Origin: Podarcis filfolensis
Taxonomy: Eukaryota
Strand: one strand, 5' to 3'
DNA length: 64,000 bases
Assembly: GCA_964270895.1 (NCBI GenBank)
Contig: OZ185444.1
Under the pieces are notes generated by a model. The model was not told where the DNA came from. It was given only the letters and a program-made list of their open reading frames with translations, and made no database searches. Within the stretch, counting starts at the first letter, position 1. Each line of letters starts with the position of its first letter. The translations under genes and the position numbers were made by a program. Shown one piece after another: positions 14,017 to 25,408 of the stretch.

Positions 14017-14188
14017 GTGTGGGAGGGCAGATGGCGCGTCATCCCCTTTGACGTCTTGCCCGACTGGCTGAAGGACAACGATTACCTGTTGCATGGGCAC
14101 CGCCCACCCATGCCCTCTTTCCGGGCTTGCTTCAAAAGCATTTTCAGAATACACACAGAGACCGGCAATATCTGGACACACCTACTAG
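14017..14188 (+). CDS. ADIPOR2: ADIPOR2 coding exon 3 (VWEGRWRVIPFDVLPDWLKDND...HTETGNIWTHLLG)
   Basis: ctttag| and G|gtattg sites, 172 nt, near-identical to the AdipoR PAQR N-terminal motif. Confidence 0.98.
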
Positions 14189-15447
14189 GTATTGACTTGG
14201 ATGTAAATGTCATATGAATTTATCTTTTATAACTAATAACTGAGTTAAGAAGCAAAGGAAATAGACTTTGGAACTTACTGCTGATCCAATAGCAAGAGCA
14301 AGATTGCCTGGAGCACATCTGACAGGACTCTACAGGATATGTTGGGCAAGAGTTTGGGGTGAATTATACTTGCATAGATGGATCCTGGACAAAGGGTTGC
14401 ATTGGGTTGCAGTGACTTTCCCCTTCAGTAATCTTACTAAATGCCTGTTCAGTAGAATAACTTCTCTTTGTTCAGCACCAACTAACTTGGTTTGAATTAC
14501 TCAGATGTGCAAATTCCCCCTTTTCTGTTTGTGTTGTACTCCCCTCACCCCATCACTGATAATGTTTTGAGGATGCTCAGATTGACTTGGCAGATCTACA
14601 TGAATCCTCTTCCTGTTGTCCAGAAAGATAATTCAGATTTCTGCTCCAACACTGCTGTTCACTAATAGCTTTTAGGAAGAAAATGTAAACACTTTGGTAT
14701 GCATGTGCTGCTGTGAGTCAAGACCTTGGTCCAAGGCTTCAACCTGGGACATCTGAATTGCAATGCTGCAGAAAAATTGTGTGCTTTGTACTTCTGTGTG
14801 GCTTTCTCACTGCAGCATTGCCCTTGAAATAAGCTTAATTGCCTGTGCTTACTGGACCTTTCCTGGCTCTTGGGACTAATGATGAAACAGGCCTCAAATT
14901 AGCTTCAGTTGGCATTGCAGTGACCATATTCTGTTTGGCTCATTGGGGAGGACGGAACTAGAGCTAAGCTTGCATACTTTAAACATTATTGTCAGCAACT
15001 GTTTTGCTTGGCAGAACATTTAGGTTGGAATAAACCTAAAGCCCTTTGGTTCATTGATTGGTCATATTTGTGCCAGCCCAACTTCTGTATGCTACACCAC
15101 CCTGCCTCATAATACTTGGGAGAAATAATGCAGACAAACAGGAAATTGAATCTGTTTCCAGCTTTATATCAGGCCACCCATTCCACCATGTTCCACTCCA
15201 TGCACAACACACTAAACCATATTTTAACATGATGTGCATAATGTGGCCAGGGGTTTCCCAAAGCTGTTCAAAGTATATGTAGTACCTCACTCAATGATTT
15301 GCAATTGTTAAGTCAAATGATCTACAGAAATGTGACAGATGACATTTCTCAAGTGTACTGAATTTGCTGTGATGCTTTTTTGGGGTTCTCCCGCTACACA
15401 TGCACAAACTTCGGCAGGTCTTGTAACATTTATTTTTCTTTGTTTAG

Positions 15448-15634
15448 GTTGTGTGTTCTTTCTGTGTCTGGGCATCTTTTACATGTTCCGGCCAAACATG
15501 TCCTTTGTAGCACCTGTACAAGAGAAGGTAGTAGTTGGAGTGTTCTTCTTGGGAGCCATTCTCTGCCTCTCCTTCTCATGGCTCTTCCACACAGTTTACT
15601 GCCATTCAGAAGGTGTCTCAAGACTATTCTCCAA
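15448..15634 (+). CDS. ADIPOR2: ADIPOR2 coding exon 4 (CVFFLCLGIFYMFRPN...SWLFHTVYCHSEGVSRLFSK)
   Basis: tttag| and AA|gtaagt sites, 187 nt, includes the SxxxH zinc-ligand motif. Confidence 0.98.
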
Positions 15635-16055
15635 GTAAGTGGTTCAGTGTGACTTCAGAGCCAGAAAATGTATGTGAAGCACTACGAAAATTGTCAGTGT
15701 ATAAATGCTTAGCTGTTGGGTCCAGGCTGAGAAACTGGAATTTGCCTAAGAGCTCTACTTCAGCCATTGATAGGCTGCCCATATTCCTGACATTGTGGTT
15801 AGCAGGCCAAGATTAAAGAATTTAGATCAGAGCTCTTCTCCTAAGGTTTGTCTGCCTTTGCTAATATTTTGAAGTTGCTGTTTAGGGGTGGTCACAGTAG
15901 GAACCTTATTAGCCACAGAAGTCTTGCACCAGAAGCTGGACAATGATGCAACTACGCTAGGCTTGTTGGGTGCTGTGGAGGCTGTGCAATCAGTGAGCAG
16001 GCTATTTCATGTGACCTTCCTGAAACAACTTTCCCACTCTCTTCCCTTGCCTTAG

Positions 16056-16243
16056 ACTGGACTACTCTGGCATCGCCCTTCTCATTATGGGCAGTTTTGT
16101 CCCATGGCTCTACTACTCCTTCTATTGCAACCCTCAGCCCTGCTTCATCTACTTGATTGTCATCTGTGTCCTGGGCATCACAGCCATTATAGTTTCCCAA
16201 TGGGACAGGTTTGCAACCCCCCAGTATCGAGCAGTACGAGCAG
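16056..16243 (+). CDS. ADIPOR2: ADIPOR2 coding exon 5 (LDYSGIALLIMGSFVPWLYYSFYC...QYRAVRA)
   Basis: ccttag| and G|gtaaga sites, 188 nt, conserved LDYSGI motif. Confidence 0.98.
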
Positions 16244-16607
16244 GTAAGACTCAAAGGATCATTTTTAAAATGCTTTCCTCCACATGAAGGGATTTGGTCT
16301 GAAATTTTATTCCAAATTGGAACAAAGTGCTGAACTTACTTATGCATGGTGCTATTTTTTAAAATGTAACTTTGAACGGAGTGTGCGCGCGCTCATAGAT
16401 TAAAAGTTTGACACTCCTAATCTGCCAGTCATATTTGCATAATGTCAGGTTCTAGAGAGGTAGCCATATCTGTCTGCAACAAAACTTCTTTAATGTTCCA
16501 TATTCAGATTTACAGCGACACAAGTTTTTGTGAGTTAAAGTCGCCGTCCATGATGTATTGCCTTCCATTAGCCATGCTTATGGCGTATTTGTGTACAGAC
16601 AGATATA

Positions 16608-16850
16608 CAGTGGTACCTCCATTCCGGAGGCCCGTTCACAACATGAAAAGTCCGCAACCTGAAGCGCTGTATCTGTGCAGCTCCGCAGCGCAATTTGGCG
16701 CTTGTGCGCATGCACGAAGTGCGATTTAGCGCTACTGCGCATGCGTGAGCGGTGAAACCCGGAAGTTACCCTTTCCGGTACTTCTGGGTTGCTGTGGGAC
16801 GCAACCTGAGAAAACATAACATGAAGCAAATGTAACATGAGGTATGACTG
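16608..16850. mobile_element. Tc1/mariner (Tigger-like) MITE
   Basis: TIRs cagtggtacctc / gaggtatgactg flanked by TA duplications; CpG-rich interior. Confidence 0.85.
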
Positions 16851-18230
16851 TACATACAGCAAAATGTAGTCCCCAAACGCCTTGAAAAGTTTACACTCTT
16901 CATTCTTTATGTGTACAGAGAATCCACTAGTTGTGGATAGTTAGTACTTCATGCACCTTATACATGGGCATCCCTTCATGGATACATAATAAATTGGTTG
17001 GTATTTAGATGCCACAAGATTCCTTGTGCCTGCATCATGTGTGTTTTAATTTGCACTGTTCTCCCCCCCTTTTTTTTGTATGATTAACTAGTAGTACTCA
17101 TTATGTGACATCTTGTTTGGATGACAATAAGTTAAGGATTCTGGCTGTAAATGCCAAGTCTGTCCAATGAACACAATTTGTGAAAATGACTCATCAGCTT
17201 AGCTGGATGCCATCTTTCATAATGGCTCTAAATTCTGGCTAAGTCTGAGGAAGCTAGAAAGTCAGGCAGGAGGATTATTTAGGATAAGGTATTGTTTAAA
17301 AATCAAAACCCTAAATGCATCTTCTAGTGCAGTAGTTTCCAAATTTTGTCTTGAGGGAACTGAAAGAAAAAGAATCTCCTAAGGACGAAAAACATCTGCC
17401 TGCAGGGAAGCTGTTTGCTGTTACAGACATACACACATTCAGCATTTTATTTGTATGCCACCTTTCCGTAGTTTAAACCATGCTTAAGGCAGCTTACAAC
17501 ATGAAAAAAATAATACATAATTAGATAGCAAAAGTAATTTTCAACCATAAATAAAATTTCAAAAAGTACACATCCAAATTGAACATTTCCACATAGATCA
17601 TAAGATCTAAAATAAGATGCAAAAAATTATATCAATAACAGCAACACACACCCCTCCAAACAAAACACGCTAAACAACGCCCCAGCCCAACAGTCCGTTC
17701 AGTCGCCTCAGTTTTTGTAGCTGGAGTCAGGGCCCTGCCTTCCCCGGCCAGGTGGAAAAAAGGCCAGAAAGACAAGGACTCCTAGCCAAGATGCTTATTC
17801 CACCGCTCCGGCCTGCCTGCCTTCCTTTCCATTCCATCTTTACAGGAGGATGGAGACTTTGTTCTGTCCATCTCTGCTTTGGGAAATGATTAGGTTTTTC
17901 TGATACTCCAGTGCAGAGGATGCTACTTGCTGAATCTCTACAAAAATTGCTGCTCTGGGCTTTGTCTCCTTCCATTTGGGAGGCACACTTGGAACGGTAA
18001 CTCCTGTAGCAGTGCATGGGAAGGACTCCTCCGAGGGAAGGTGAAATTCTTGCATGTGTGCATGCGCACGCACACAGAATGTGAATGTAGTCATGAATTC
18101 AGGGGGGAAAGTCTCATTTGCCTGCTGGAAGTTTGAAGAATTTGTTCTAGAATATTTCTGTACCTTCCAGGAAGTTGTAAATTTATACAGAGGACCAGGA
18201 GATGAAATATATAGCAATTGAAACTTAGTA

Positions 18231-18432
18231 CAGTGGTACCTCTGTTTACGAACTTAATTCGTTCCGAAGGTCCGTTCTTAACCTGAAACCATTCTTAACC
18301 TGAGGTACCACTTTAGCTAATGGGGCCTCCTGCTGCTGCTGTTCTCATCCTGAGGTAAAGTTCTTAACCTGAGCTACTACTTCCGGGTTAGCGGAGTCTG
18401 TAACCCAAAGTTTGTAACCTGAGGTACTACTG
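18231..18432. mobile_element. Tc1/mariner (Tigger-like) MITE
   Basis: TIRs cagtggtacctc / gaggtactactg with TA TSD; internal ttcttaacctga repeats. Confidence 0.88.
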
Positions 18433-18818
18433 TACTGGGAATACTATTTTGCAAATATTGAAGGTTTTAATTATCATGAACTGTCAGTTCAATCTGTGGG
18501 CTGGAGCAGACAAAACACCTTTGAAGTTTATTCTTCCACGACTGATGTAAGTGCTGCACTTTTTTGGTCAGTCAGTGGTACATGAAGGCCAAAGTTTCTT
18601 TCTGCCACTCACAGCCCACTGGCAGGGAGTCTTTATTTCAAGGCTTGTGCTACAGTCTCTAGTGTACTTAGAAAGCTAGAGGTATATTAACATATTTCTA
18701 CAACAAAAAGAATTTTGTCTAATTAAAGAAATTATAGTTGGTTGATTGCAATTTTAAATGATCTGCATAGTAAAAGTCACTTGAATAAAATGATGACTTT
18801 GGAATGGAAAAGCATACT

Positions 18819-18953
18819 NNNNNNNNNNNNNNNNNNNNNNNNNNNNNNNNNNNNNNNNNNNNNNNNNNNNNNNNNNNNNNNNNNNNNNNNNNNNNNNNNN
18901 NNNNNNNNNNNNNNNNNNNNNNNNNNNNNNNNNNNNNNNNNNNNNNNNNNNNN
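18819..18953. other. Assembly gap of 135 N within an ADIPOR2 intron
   Basis: Run of n; no expected ADIPOR2 exon is missing. Confidence 0.99.
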
Positions 18954-19250
18954 GTATTGAAGGAGAATATGCCTCCTGGTTGCAACAGAAGAGAGAATGC
19001 CTCTTCTAAAATGACATTTAGCACTATGATTAGAAGTACATAGAAATCATTATTTTTAAAAAAATGTGTTCCCAGATTGATCAGGGGCTCCTCTCTAGTT
19101 GACCAAATGGGTTGTGGCCCTAAAAACCAACCACCCAAGTAATCTTCCTGCTCTGCTTTGGGATCCTGAGCTTTGGCAGTTTGCCCTCATCTCTGCCACT
19201 GCTTCTCTTGTGTCCAAGGCTGAATCTGTCCCACTTCCCTTATCTCCTAG

Positions 19251-19444
19251 GAGTGTTTCTGGCTCTGGGCCTTAGTGGGGTCATCCCCACCCTGCACTTT
19301 GTCATCACGGAAGGGCTCCTCAAGGCTGCCACAATGGGGCAGATAGGCTGGCTGGCTCTCATGGCCTGCCTGTATATCACTGGCGCTGCACTGTATGCTG
19401 CTCGCATCCCGGAGAGGTTCTTCCCGGGCAAGTGTGACATCTGG
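19251..19444 (+). CDS. ADIPOR2: ADIPOR2 coding exon 6 (VFLALGLSGVIPTLHFVITEG...ARIPERFFPGKCDIW)
   Basis: ctcctag| and TGG|gtaagt sites, 194 nt. Confidence 0.98.
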
Positions 19445-20093
19445 GTAAGTATGGCTAATAGATGGCAGGCACATAATAGGGAGGGTGAGAGGCATTAATG
19501 CCATCCCTACTGCATATCTGCAGTGATGGATCACTGTGGTCTGTGGCCGAGCTGTATAAAGACACAGTTCTATAAATGCCTCTTACTGCTCAGTTCTGGG
19601 CTAAAATGGAGCCCTGCTGTGCAACTGCTAACTTTAAAACCCTGTGAAACTCTTCAACCTTCTCTTGGTAGGCATTACAAGAATGAAAAATATTTGCACT
19701 GTATCTGCCTTGGCATATCTGGCTCCCAAGAGAGGGAATGGTACACAGCTGCAAAAATACAACCATTCTGATACAGCGCTGTTAATGCTCTGTCTTTGTT
19801 TGTTTATGTGTATGTGAGCATGTATCTTGTCCTCTAGCCAGTTATGCCAAGTTGACTGGGGCTGGGTGGGTTTAAATTGGCACCTCTTGGTGCTTGCATA
19901 GCCTGTTCACACAGAGAAACAAACAATGGATTCCTAGGAAGCAAGAGGGCTTATTCTTTGGCTGGTTGATACTTCACAATCTCTACTTACTAGCCAGTAC
20001 CACCTGTGATGCCCTCCTTTGGTGACTGTTCTGGAAAATGGGAGTCTCCATTACCTAAGGTGAAACGGTGTTCTGTTTTTCTTTCTCCCATAG

Positions 20094-20219
20094 TTCCACT
20101 CCCACCAGCTGTTTCATGTGTTTGTAGTGGCTGGTGCATTTGCGCACTTCCATGGAGTTTCAAACCTTCAGGAGTTCCGCTTCACAGTTGGCGGAGGCTG
20201 CTCAGAGGACGAGATGTAG
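20094..20219 (+). CDS. ADIPOR2: ADIPOR2 last coding exon (FHSHQLFHVFVVAGAFAHFHGVSNLQEFRFTVGGGCSEDEM*)
   Basis: ctttctcccatag| acceptor, HxxxH zinc motif, TAG at 20217-20219; not in the ORF track because it has no Met start. Confidence 0.97.
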   Translation, partial: FHSHQLFHVFVVAGAFAHFHGVSNLQEFRFTVGGGCSEDEM

Positions 20220-22684
20220 TAAAACTGACCGCTTGTCCAAGATCATAACCAAAAAAGCAGAACCGTTGGAGCAGTCAGTCTACACCTGACCCAGGATGGT
20301 GTAGAAGCTTCGCAGGGATTCTAACTAAAACTTGGAAGAGAAATTCATACCTCAAGCATTGGAGTGAATTGATTCTGAAGACCTGGAAGTTCTTAAACCC
20401 TAATTTATTCCTGGGGTCTACAGACTAAGCTACAGAAAGCCCTTTCTTAATCAGCTTCTGTTCAATGCCATATTTATTTGTAGAAAAACAAGAGGGGTTG
20501 TCATGGGGAGATGGCTTAGCATTTTTTTTTCTTTTTTAAAATCTAGCTTGATTAAGATTTGTATCTTGTTCAGGTAAGTTGATTTTTAGATGCTCTTTTG
20601 GGAGGAAAAATGTAAATAAGATTTCTAACATTCTGTTTAATTGAAAAGTTTATATAAATGTTTTAAAATTGTGTGGGAGGGGAGGGTTTTTTGTATAGAT
20701 TGCAACATGCAAGTACCACACACTGTTTCAAGTTTGCACGAACCCTTTTAAGTGCAAGAGGGCCAGGTGAAACCCCTGCAGCATCTGGGTTCTACAGATT
20801 CTTCCTAATGTTTGGGAATATACTGGACAGCTAGACCCAGCAGGCTCAGTCTGCACACAAGGGTTCAGGGTAAGCAAGTGTGGACAACCTTAAATCGGGC
20901 TGACGCTTGGGCCCCTGTACGTTCAGAAGGCAAAGGCAGGAGAGACATTGTGCAGCTGAGCTCTGCTCCCTTGGCAGGGCGTGCCTTCTAAGATCTCTGC
21001 CATGTTGTGGATAGTCTTTAGGTGGTCTTTCTTTCCACCAGCCTTTTGCTGTGTTGGGATTTGATGGCTTAAGGCACAATATGGTATGTATCTTGACCTC
21101 TTTGGCAGTGGGGTCTCTTGTCAGTGTTTCACCATTCAGTTGGGCCTGCTATCCTTTTTTATCCAAGTGCAATTGTTAGTGTCAGGCATCTGCCTTCTAG
21201 TTGAGAGACAGTAGGATAAGATGGTCTGCAGGGAGTGAGGAGGAACATATGAAAAAGCAGCCTAGACTAGCTGTTAATTCAATGTTGTGTGCTGCTGAAC
21301 TACAGTAGCACTAAGGTTGCCCGGTATTAAATTCCACCAAGCTCCACTTGGCTGCAATGTAACACTGCCGATCCTTCTTGCTTCCTTCTGGTATATAAGA
21401 CAACGCTGCGCACTGGGCTTTTTTCTTTCTTTAAAAAGAGCAGCTTGCAGAATCTGCTTGGATATTACATTTTTGCCTCTCCTCAAAAGAGTGCTTGGTA
21501 CCCAAGAGAAGCTTGTTGTCTCTTTAAAAACTTCCCCAGATAGCTTAACTGCTTGTGGGGTAGCCGTACATTCTGAGAAGGGCAAATTATCACTAAGCAG
21601 AACACTCAGTCAGGCAAGAAGTGTAGTTGCTGTTTTCTCCTGCTAGGCTGGTGAGGCATGTCAGAGATGGAGAGAAATGTTTTGACACAGTGTAGAATTT
21701 GTGTTGTTGAATACTCACAGTGGGGGCAGTTCCTTTGGCCCATAGTATAATTAACTACAAGTGTTGGGAGATGATAGAATTTGTCACATGTTAAACTGCT
21801 TTTTTGATTATTAGAAGGAGGTTGGTCTTTCTGTCTTTTCTCTCTCCCGCCCTCAAAACAGAACCTTAGTGTTTAGACCTACAAGAGGTGCTTAACGGGT
21901 GCTTGTAGGCAACTTCAGATGTGTATATCCTGGGTAGGATCCTGATGTGCTGAATGCAGATAGGCCAGAATGGCACCCTAACACTTCTGATTGTTCAATC
22001 CCATACTAAAAAAACAGAACAGTATTAATTGAACCCCTTTAATGGAACAGGAAGGCCAGTAATGATTTAACCTTCCCAGTGGTAAATGTAGCCATCTGGA
22101 AGAAGGATGGCTTGCCTGATGGGGTATGTGCTAATACATATCAGACTCAGATCTACTTATCTGAAAATCATTTTTTTTTTGAGAGAGAGAGAGAGAGGGG
22201 TGGTGGTAGGCTGCTTCTGTATTAGCAGCAGAAATAGCACCTCCCCATTCTAGATCATCCTATGCTCACTCCCAGAAAGGGTTTCTCACAACCTGGTCCT
22301 ACAGCACACAACCTGTACAAAAACACACCCTCCACCTATTCTACCCCTTTGGTCTCTGTTTAGGACATTTTTTTGTGTCCCAATAAGAAAAACTGCTTAG
22401 CTGTGCACTTTTCCGTGGTGCTTGCTGAGACTTCTTCCCAGGTTGGCACCTGAATGCCTTACTCTCAGCAATCGGAGGTTCGCTTGCTTCCTTTGTGTGT
22501 GCAGGTTTTCAGTGTAGTATAGTTCAGAATTACAGCTTTCTTTTCCCATTAACTAGTGGCCTTGTTCAGTATTTTCTTTTTTAAAAAATTGCTTACTGTT
22601 GGAGGCGACAAAGCACATCTTGGACTTTGAAGATTGGGGTCTCCGGGCAATGGGATCTCATTACTTGTTGTATTCTTAACTTCT

Positions 22685-22690
22685 AATAAA
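22685..22690 (+). terminator. ADIPOR2: Candidate ADIPOR2 polyadenylation signal AATAAA
   Basis: AATAAA followed about 30 nt later by a GU/U-rich element (gggtgttgtctttttggt); gives a 3'UTR of about 2.5 kb. Confidence 0.6.
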
Positions 22691-23721
22691 AAGAGCAAAT
22701 GCAATGGAGGCTTGATGGGTGTTGTCTTTTTGGTCTCATTCATGATCATATAAGAACTGGATGGACGTATAGAAAAGTATGGATGGGAATGTGGCCTGGA
22801 AATATAGAAATTGGTTTGTGTTACATTTAATGGTGAAAGCTGTTCTTCCATGTTTTTGAACCAAGAGTAGAGAACCATAACCCTTCCCGATGTTTGGGGT
22901 TTTTTTTACACTTTTTTCTCAACACACCCTGTGCTCATTATATTAAGGTCAGTTTGACAATGTGAAGCTCTTACACTATACTGGAATATTGTAAATACAT
23001 CTAAGCACATTAACTTGTGAATGTAAGTGTGGGTCCATTTTCAGCATAATTCCAGTATGACCTGTGATGGGATTTTGTGGCATATTGTGTATGACAACCA
23101 AGAAAGACATGAAACAAAAATATAATGAAAATGTCATATTTTAAAAAGAGGCCAAATGTCAAACACATTTTACAAAAACAAAAGCAAAAGTTAAACAACT
23201 TCTGTACTGTCACAAATCTCCCTTAGGGATTTGAGAGTAGGACTTTCTTATTGAAATGCTAGTCATGTCAAGGAAATACATACCAGCAGTCCTGTAATAT
23301 GGCTTCCTTCCTTTGCTTGCTTTCTCCATTTCTGAGGTCTTAAGGTCTTGGCTATCCAACCATCAGCCCACGCCTGGCACGTAAACTACTGGGATCTAGA
23401 AACAAAAACTTGGTGTGGTGAAAATTTTGCCCATAGTTTCGTTCATAAGGCAAAATGGCTTTCAAAAGTTGAGAGAAATTTCACATTGTATTAGCACAGC
23501 TCTGAGGGGTTACTTTCTTCCCTGAAAACTGATAAAGATTGTATTATACAGCTGGTGCATCCATGAAGCCGTCAGCATGTCTGGCAAAATAATATTGCAG
23601 CATACAGTAGGAACTGGAAGGTGACAGTCATATTTCCTGTGCATCTGTAGACTTCCCAAAAGTGTCTGCTTTTAAGCATTTGCGTCTAACAAAGCTAATG
23701 TGCACACTTAGCCTCGCCATG

Positions 23722-23727
23722 TTTAAT
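23722..23727 (-). terminator. CACNA2D4: Candidate CACNA2D4 polyadenylation signal ATTAAA
   Basis: ATTAAA hexamer on - about 1 kb past the stop; no transcript evidence. Confidence 0.3.
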
Positions 23728-24734
23728 TTTGTAATCTATGTAATTTTGTAACCTATGCAAGGGAGTTATGGCTAAACTCCTTGTCCAGCGATGTGAAGCT
23801 GAGGGAACTTGAGAGGTGTGGACAGAAGGAATATTTCTAAGGCTAGAGTTTAAGTTTGCCTTAATAACACAGAAACATAGGTAGAAACATTATTCCTTTT
23901 AGCTCAGTACTGTCTACACTGGCCGGTAGTAGCCATCCAAGTTTTCAGATGAAATTCTCAACCTGCAACCACTCCCCATAATGCATCATGCCTCTTGAAA
24001 TAGAACACATGGAGCTATTTTCACATTAAGCTGATAAATCTAATCATTGTCTGAATCAGCTATTTTAGACGAAAGCTCTCTGTGTAGCCTTAGAAGAGCT
24101 TAAATGTCTGCAGTAGGCAGAGTTGCAGGAACTCCTTGCTGGATACAGGAATCCCTGCCCAAGCCTGGCTTGGCAATATTGTTCTCCAGTTCCTTGACAA
24201 TAGAAATGAATCTCTGTTGATGACCATTATGTTCTTTAAGAAGGTGATATTCCTGCCTCTCCTGCAGAGCTGCCCAGGTGTCTGTTAAGTTAAAAGGGGA
24301 TTATGATATGCTTCTCTTTAGCAGATAGTACTGACGGTTCCCATTTTGCAGCTAGGGTAAGTTATAGGTTAAGTCCATCCATTTGGCAAATGCTATCCAC
24401 TGTTCCAGGCCTTTCCCCCACCAGTGTAAACTTTTCCATGCTGCTAAGGCAGGGAGGGTAAGCTGTGAGATCACACAGCTTGGTGAGCCTGTTGGTCCAT
24501 AGCCATAGGTGCCCCACCCTCAGTTGCAAGCTCCTTGAAGAAAGGAAGCCACACTTCCAAACACAACACAGCTAGCAAGTTCCTTGGAGGATGCAGCCGA
24601 AGAAGTTCCTGAGCCTCTATGGTATTGTCCACATGCTCTGGCATGCAGCAGTTGTCTTAAGTGCCCAAGTAGCATGGTCCTCAAAATAGAGCATTTGCCT
24701 TTCTGGTCCAAAATAAGGACTTTGATGGCCCTTG

Positions 24735-24830
24735 TCACCGCAAGAGAAGAGCTGTGGTTCCCAGAGGAAGGAAGAGCAGGGCTAATGAGGCAGAAATCTC
24801 TGCCGCTCCTCCACAGTCCTGGGCGTTTTC
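24735..24830 (-). CDS. CACNA2D4: CACNA2D4 last exon (ENAQDCGGAAEISASLALLFLPLGTTALLLR*), GPI-anchor signal
   Basis: tgtttttcag| acceptor; EENAQDCGGA matches the alpha2delta-4 C-terminus; hydrophobic tail; TGA at 24737-24735. Confidence 0.96.
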   Translation of the reverse strand, partial: ENAQDCGGAAEISASLALLFLPLGTTALLLR

Positions 24831-25325
24831 CTGAAAAACAAAGCAAGTATGTGGTCAGCAAGTAGAATTTAGAGGGCAGCAAAAATTAAAGCCTAGCTTC
24901 ATTTTAACTTGGGCCAAATGATTGAAACTTTTTTTGCAATGGGGATGGCCAAATCCACCTCCTGATAACAATGGATCCATTCATAGGGCTGGCAGGATAA
25001 ACTGTGTCCATGCAGAATGTGCGTGCTCATGAGTGCCTACCACATGGCAAGGAACCCAATGCACTTGGCTATATGTATAACGTGTGCACAGGCTTGCTGC
25101 ATACATCACATCAAACACACACTGCTGGACAGGTGGGGGCACTGTGCCCTATTTTTAGGGCCTCCACATAGGCAAACAAGTGAGGCAGCCTTGTGGTGGT
25201 TAAAAATGAATCTATGGACTGACATTTCAAAACCCAGCCTATTTTATTTAGGCCAGCACATTATCATGGCTGCTGTGGGGCAGAGCCTACTTTGTCAAAT
25301 GCAACAATTCCTCAACCCGCCTTAC

Positions 25326-25408
25326 CTCAGGATGGAATGCATGGCAGGTATCTGGTCGCCGCCTCAGCTTCTGGGAGCGCATCCTGTCACATTTCACTGA
25401 CGCATTAT
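25326..25408 (-). CDS. CACNA2D4: CACNA2D4 exon ((Y)[27 protein letters not shown]), 83 nt
   Basis: Non-canonical AC acceptor (gcac|ATAAT) with U12 branch site; donor GAG|gtaagg; near-identical to alpha2delta-4. Confidence 0.96.

Noticed and set aside
13765-14181. 138-aa antisense ORF
   Set aside because: Shadow of an ADIPOR2 coding exon; no homology recognised
18719-19138. ORFs spanning the N run
   Set aside because: Artefacts of the assembly gap
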